Origin: a virus
Taxonomy: Duplodnaviria > Heunggongvirae > Uroviricota > Caudoviricetes
IMG/VR virus record: IMGVR_UViG_3300017989_000089
Span: 64,001-83,039 of that record
Direction: 5' to 3' (one strand)
Length of the DNA: 19,039 nucleotides
Part shown: piece by piece, positions 15,052 to 19,039 of the stretch
Position numbering within the stretch: position 1 is the stretch's first letter
Layout of the letters: each line of letters starts with the position of its first letter
Program-made: the position numbers and the translations under genes
The notes under the pieces: model-generated
Told to the model about the DNA's origin: nothing
Seen by the model: the letters and a program-made list of their open reading frames with translations, nothing else
The model's database searches: none

Positions 15052-15267
15052 ATGAAAGTTAAAGGGATCGATCGTTGCGAAGCTTGCGGAGAGAGCTTGA
15101 TCGCGGGTATATGCGGATCTTGCTTGATCGTCGCTTTCGCGGAGCGGGAGAGCAAAGCGAAGCTCGATCGCTTCCGCTGTCGGGAAGCTCGGAAGCTCAA
15201 GCGGGGATCGAAGCAACGGAGAGCGGAGAGAGCGACAGCGGGGATCGTTTGGGAGCGGAGATCATGA
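15052..15267 (+). CDS. Zn-finger basic protein
   Basis: CEAC...CGSC; stereotyped start. Confidence 0.7.
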   Translation: MKVKGIDRCEACGESLIAGICGSCLIVAFAERESKAKLDRFRCREARKLKRGSKQRRAERATAGIVWERRS

Positions 15268-15773
15268 GAGCGGGAAAAGCGGAAGCGGGAGATCTCTCCC
15301 GGAAGCGATACGCTTTCAACTATAGGATCGCTTTGATCCGAGAGCGGGGAGAGGGGATCGAGCTTCCCCCGCTCCGCGATCCCTCGGAAGCTTTGCGGGG
15401 AGCGAGATACTTTCATGATCCCGAAGCGGATCGGGAGATCTTCGCGATCTTGATCTTGAATACCCGTAATAAGATCGTAGGGTATAACGTGATCTCGATC
15501 GGGAGCTTAAACGGATCGCTTGTATCTCCGCGGGAGCTTTTTAAAACCGCGATCCTAGCAAACGGAGCGGGGATCATTATGATCCATAATCACCCAAGCG
15601 GGGATCCGCTTCCCTCTCGGGAAGATCGGGAGCTTACAAAGCGGATCAAGCAAGCGGGGGAGATCCTAGGGATCGAGATCTTGGATCATATCATCCTAGG
15701 GGAAGCTCCCGACAGCGGGAGAGAGCAAGCGGGGGAAACTTACTTGAGTTTCAAAGAAGCGGGGATCCTGTAA
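15264..15773 (+). CDS. radC: RadC-like JAB/MPN-domain protein
   Basis: E...LNTRN...G.LN.S.V.PRELFK.A...HNHPSGDPLPSRED...LDHII...Y.SF.E.G; start 15264 by ATGA coupling. Confidence 0.92.
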   Translation: MRAGKAEAGDLSRKRYAFNYRIALIRERGEGIELPPLRDPSEALRGARYFHDPEADREIFAILILNTRNKIVGYNVISIGSLNGSLVSPRELFKTAILANGAGIIMIHNHPSGDPLPSREDRELTKRIKQAGEILGIEILDHIILGEAPDSGREQAGETYLSFKEAGIL

Positions 15774-15787
15774 CAAAGGGGGAAAGC

Positions 15788-15949
15788 ATGAGGGAGATCA
15801 AGTTTCAATATAGAAACGAAAGCGGAGAGCTTGCGGAGCTTCGGATCTTGACAGCGGAAGATCAACGGGGGATCGAGCTTTGGATCCCTACGGAGCAAGC
15901 GGGAGAGATCTTCGAGCTTTTGAGAGGGGGATCAAAATGGCTCGCTTGA
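15788..15949 (+). CDS. 53-aa hypothetical protein (not in ORF track)
   Basis: AAAGGGGGAAAGCATG start; MREIKFQYRNESGELAELRILTAEDQRGIELWIP... Confidence 0.7.
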   Translation: MREIKFQYRNESGELAELRILTAEDQRGIELWIPTEQAGEIFELLRGGSKWLA

Positions 15950-16305
15950 AAAGCAACGGGATCGAGATCTTGAGACTAACACGGGAAACGGTAAAAAGCG
16001 GGTATACAAGCGGAGCGGAACTTTGCTTGCGCTATACCGTTTCGATCCGAAGCAACGGAGCGATCATGATCAAGCGGGATCACTATTGGAGCGATCTAGA
16101 TCATAAGTACAAAGCGGGATCGTGGAAACGGGAGAGCAAGCTCCCCGCTTCGCTTTGGAGCAAGATCGATCGCGTAGCATGGATCGAGGGGAAGCGGATC
16201 GCTCTCGAAGCTCGGGGATATAAGATCGAAACTCCCGAGAGCGAGAGAGCGGATCTCTATAATTATGTCGCTTGTAACTATGATCGCGGGGGGAAACTAA
16301 AATGA
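15937..16305 (+). CDS. hypothetical protein
   Basis: GAGGGGG RBS before ATG 15937; 122 aa. Confidence 0.8.
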   Translation: MARLKSNGIEILRLTRETVKSGYTSGAELCLRYTVSIRSNGAIMIKRDHYWSDLDHKYKAGSWKRESKLPASLWSKIDRVAWIEGKRIALEARGYKIETPESERADLYNYVACNYDRGGKLK

Positions 16306-16523
16306 GGGAAACTTGGGAGCAAGCGAAAGCGGAGCAACGGAGAGAGCGAGAGAAAGCGGGGAAGCTCTCCGATCAAAATATCTTTTATGTATACGGGTAT
16401 ATGATCGGAGCTTTGAAAGGGAAGCTCTCGAAGCAAGGGATCGAGCTTTCGGGATCGGATCTCGGGAAGCTCGAAGCGGAAGCGATCCGAGCTTACAAAG
16501 CGGATCGCCAGCGGATCTATTGA
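16302..16523 (+). CDS. hypothetical protein
   Basis: GGGGG RBS, ATGA-coupled. Confidence 0.75.
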   Translation: MRETWEQAKAEQRREREKAGKLSDQNIFYVYGYMIGALKGKLSKQGIELSGSDLGKLEAEAIRAYKADRQRIY

Positions 16524-16534
16524 AAGGGGGAAGC

Positions 16535-16723
16535 ATGAAAGGGGAAACTCGGGAGTTTCGGATCGTTTGGGAGATAGATCTCTCCGCGGAGAGCTTCGAG
16601 CAAGCGGGGGATCTCGCTTTGGAGATCCAACGGGATCCCGCTTCGATCGCAACGGTATTTAAGATCACGGATCAAGCAACGGGGGAAACTCGGGAGCTTG
16701 ATCTTTCAAAGGGGGAAGCATGA
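16535..16723 (+). CDS. 62-aa hypothetical phage protein
   Basis: Stereotyped start; FRIVWEIDL.A.S.E.A...A.EIQRDP.SIATVF motif. Confidence 0.8.
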   Translation: MKGETREFRIVWEIDLSAESFEQAGDLALEIQRDPASIATVFKITDQATGETRELDLSKGEA

Positions 16724-17007
16724 GCGAAGCGACAGCGGAGAAAAGCGGGAATATAGATCGGGAGCTTTTGATCCGTATGATCGGAGCGACGATCGAAGCT
16801 TCCCCGATCCCGTTGACAGCGGGATCCGTGTTACGCTTGATCGAGCGGATCAACGGGGAGCGGATCGCTTCCCGATCAACGATCCAACGGATCCTAGATA
16901 GCAAAGCGGAAGCGGGGGAGATCTCGATCATTAATGAGACGATCGAGATCAACGGATATATAAAGCAAGCTCGAAAGTACAAGCGAAAGGGAAACGGGGA
17001 AGCATGA
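16720..17007 (+). CDS. hypothetical protein, possibly winged-helix DNA-binding
   Basis: Helix-helix-SRSTIQRIL-helix then beta hairpin and basic tail (pattern only). Confidence 0.7.
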   Translation: MSEATAEKSGNIDRELLIRMIGATIEASPIPLTAGSVLRLIERINGERIASRSTIQRILDSKAEAGEISIINETIEINGYIKQARKYKRKGNGEA

Positions 17008-17375
17008 GCGAGATCATGATCATAGAAAAGCTCGGGATCCGCTTGCGGATCGAGCTTCGAAAGAAACGGAGCGGGGAAAAGCTCCGCGGGATCAAAGGGG
17101 GAAAGCGTATCAACGGGGAGCGATCGATCCCGTATGCTTTCCGCTTAGTATGGAAACGGGGAAGCGACAGCGGGAGCGGGAGCTTCCGATCCCCTCTCGA
17201 AGCGATCGCTTTTTGCGAGAGATACGGGATCGCTTTCGGAGCGATAAGCGGGGATCATTATTACTCGGAATATACAGCGGGGGAAGCTCTCCCCGCTCGA
17301 TCCGAGCAATATAGGGGATCCAAAGCGGAGCGGGAAGCTTTGGATCGTTGGAAAAGAGAAAGGGGGAAAGCATGA
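17004..17375 (+). CDS. basic hypothetical protein
   Basis: Stereotyped ATGA junctions at both ends. Confidence 0.75.
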   Translation: MSEIMIIEKLGIRLRIELRKKRSGEKLRGIKGGKRINGERSIPYAFRLVWKRGSDSGSGSFRSPLEAIAFCERYGIAFGAISGDHYYSEYTAGEALPARSEQYRGSKAEREALDRWKRERGKA

Positions 17376-17812
17376 GGGATCATTATAGGGATCAACGGAT
17401 CAAAGATCTCGGATCCGATCTTTGGAGCTTTGTTTTTAACATGCTAGATCGGGAGCTTGATCTTTGCTCAAGCTCTCAAGCGGGAGCGATCGCCAGCGGA
17501 GCGGAGCGGAGCTTTCGAGCTTACTTGAGCGATCGGGATCATACTTATGATCTCGGGGATCGCTCCCGGGAGCTTGCGGGATCTTGGATCAATGGTAACT
17601 TGAGCGATACGATCGAAGCTCTCCAAAATGAGATCCCGATCGTCGCTTGCTCCCTCGCTTTGCGGATCGCTTTCGAGCTTCCCGCGGGGGATCGAAACTT
17701 GTTTTTTAATAAGCTCCGAGAGCGGAGCTTCGAGCTTTTGAGGGAGCATAAGCTTTGCGATCGCTCCGAGCTTTCGAAGCGATACGGGATCGAGGGAGAG
17801 GGGGAAGCATGA
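17372..17812 (+). CDS. helical hypothetical protein
   Basis: Start 17372 by GGGGGAAAGCATGA junction. Confidence 0.8.
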   Translation: MRDHYRDQRIKDLGSDLWSFVFNMLDRELDLCSSSQAGAIASGAERSFRAYLSDRDHTYDLGDRSRELAGSWINGNLSDTIEALQNEIPIVACSLALRIAFELPAGDRNLFFNKLRERSFELLREHKLCDRSELSKRYGIEGEGEA

Positions 17813-18057
17813 TCACGAAAAGCGAGAGCGAGATATTAGATCGGATCTTGTACGCAAGCGAGAGGGGAAAGCTTTGCTTGATCGAAACGGAGAGCGACAG
17901 CGGGGATCGAGCGATCTTGATCGCGGGGATCGATCGGGATCCCTTTAACGGGGAGATCTTGATCGCTCCGTTTGCTTGCTTGCTCGATCCCGAAGATCCT
18001 ACAAAGGGATATAAAGATCCCGCTTCTTTGCTTGAGCGGGGAGAGGGGGAAGCATGA
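17809..18057 (+). CDS. hypothetical protein (DUF6117-like by recall, unverified)
   Basis: G.LCLIE....SGD.AILIA...PFA.LLD..P...Y..P. Confidence 0.75.
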   Translation: MITKSESEILDRILYASERGKLCLIETESDSGDRAILIAGIDRDPFNGEILIAPFACLLDPEDPTKGYKDPASLLERGEGEA

Positions 18058-18347
18058 GCTTTTTGCTACGTTGCGATCGTTGCGGAGCGGAGTATAAAAG
18101 AAAGTATCCCGCTCGAAGCGATACGCTTATGTTATACGCTTGCCAGCGGAGATCTTGCGGGGGATCGTTGATCTTGATCCCTCTCTCCGAGCTTTGGAAA
18201 CGGAGAGCGGATCAACTAAGGGAAGCGAGAGCGGGAGAGATCAATAGTACTCCGCTCCCGGAAGCGGAGAGCAAAGCGATCAATGATCGCCTAATGAGGG
18301 AAGCGGGGAGCTTTTCGGAGCTTCGCAAGCGAAAGGGGGAAGCATGA
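18054..18347 (+). CDS. Zn-ribbon protein
   Basis: CDRC...CQRRSC. Confidence 0.75.
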   Translation: MSFLLRCDRCGAEYKRKYPARSDTLMLYACQRRSCGGSLILIPLSELWKRRADQLREARAGEINSTPLPEAESKAINDRLMREAGSFSELRKRKGEA

Positions 18348-18601
18348 TCGAAAGTAAGTACAAGCGGGAAGCTCGAAGCATGATCCGAGATCTCAAGCGG
18401 AAAGCGGAAGCTCTCGATCGGAAGATCGCGAAGCTCGAAGCGGGAGAGGGAGCTTTAACGATCCGTTGCTTAAACGAAGCTCAAGAGATCAACGGGATCG
18501 CGGGGGATATTGAGAAAGCGATCGGGATCGCGATCAACGTACGGAGAGCGACAGCGGAGATCTTGAAAGCGGAGCGAGAGAAAAGAAAGGGGGAAGCATG
18601 A
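18344..18601 (+). CDS. coiled-coil hypothetical protein
   Basis: Heptad-like helix; stereotyped junctions. Confidence 0.75.
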   Translation: MIESKYKREARSMIRDLKRKAEALDRKIAKLEAGEGALTIRCLNEAQEINGIAGDIEKAIGIAINVRRATAEILKAEREKRKGEA

Positions 18602-18849
18602 GAAACGGGGAAGATCCAAACGGAGCATATAGGATTTTAGTTCGGGATAGTTCGGAGAGCTTCGCGGGAAACGGGATCAAGTTTAAAGATCCCGCTTCCG
18701 CCAAAGCATACGGGATCGATCTTGCTTCCCGTTGGTTAGCAGTAAGATCGATCGCGATCGTAAAATCGGATCTTGCTCCCGACATAAGGGGAGCTTTCTT
18801 TTCCGAGAGCTTGATCGAAGCGGAAGCGATCGAGATCATAAAGTACTAA
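18598..18849 (+). CDS. hypothetical phage protein
   Basis: DSS..F.GNGI.F.....A..Y..DL..RW.AVR motif. Confidence 0.8.
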   Translation: MRNGEDPNGAYRILVRDSSESFAGNGIKFKDPASAKAYGIDLASRWLAVRSIAIVKSDLAPDIRGAFFSESLIEAEAIEIIKY

Positions 18850-18862
18850 GCTCGGAGCAAGA

Positions 18863-18930
18863 TCGGATCGGGATCTTTGCGGGGAGCTTCGGGGGAGATC
18901 TCCGAAGCTCCGATCAAAGCTTCCGATCGG
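18863..18930 (+). other. intergenic RNA hairpin, copy 2 (possible processing site)
   Basis: CTTTG-CGG-GGAGCTTCGG...CCGAAGCTCC-GAT-CAAAG, same scaffold as 13476-13530. Confidence 0.6.
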
Positions 18931-18958
18931 GGGAGCTTGCAAACGAAAGGGGGAAAGC

Positions 18959-19039
18959 ATGAGCGAGAAACGATCGATCGAGATCTCGGAGAGCGAGAGG
19001 GAGCTTTTGCGATCCGCGATAGAAAGCTTTTGCGGAGAT
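18959..19039 (+). CDS. 5' end of a hypothetical protein (runs off the window)
   Basis: AAAGGGGGAAAGCATG then open frame MSEKRSIEISESERELLRSAIESF... Confidence 0.7.
   Translation, partial: MSEKRSIEISESERELLRSAIESFCGD

Larger units (their letters stand above)
12500..19039. other. compositional island: GATC/AGCT-rich, GNC/CWG-depleted
   Basis: Hand counts: 15 GATC in 13741-13980; 25 GATC, 1 GNC and 2 CWG in 15264-15773; transition begins near 12,100 and the island continues past the window end. Confidence 0.95.

Noticed and set aside
17201-17765. GCGATCGC (cyanobacterial HIP1) as a host clue
   Set aside because: The few copies seen are expected from the extreme GATC/GCG word bias, and the left arm does not look enriched
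12925-18960. Long minus-strand and alternative-frame ORFs in the island (e.g. 12925-13533, 13074-13676, 13520-13996, 14967-15416, 16278-16652, 13230-13730)
   Set aside because: S/R/P/L-rich shadows of the plus-strand genes caused by scarce stop codons in this composition; no RBS
1-19039. Stop-codon reassignment
   Set aside because: TAA, TGA and TAG all end well-coupled genes, and coding density is already high under the standard code

Overview
Most likely a segment of a large tailed dsDNA bacteriophage. This is inferred from dense tiny ORFs, ATGA/TAATG coupling and bacterial promoters; no capsid, terminase or polymerase gene is in the window. Three zones: (1) 1-11,345 has ordinary composition and about 43 small, mostly leftward, often Cys-rich hypothetical genes, including a class II nucleotidyltransferase, a HEXXH lipoprotein, and a ~535-nt structured non-coding transcript with RNase P-like motifs and topology (8205-8739). 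(2) About 11,450-13,100 is a non-coding divergence region packed with 25-bp IHF-like dyads, sigma54-type (-24/-12) sites and CCCCTA repeats, a candidate genome end or terminal-repeat boundary. (3) About 12,500-19,039 is a rightward block of 17 genes (RadC/JAB, a Zn/OB-fold protein, hypotheticals) written in an extremely restricted DNA vocabulary: GATC about every 16-20 nt, near absence of GNC and CWG, altered amino-acid usage and stereotyped GGGGAA(A)GCATGA gene junctions. All counts are by hand and family calls are from motif recognition, not database searches.
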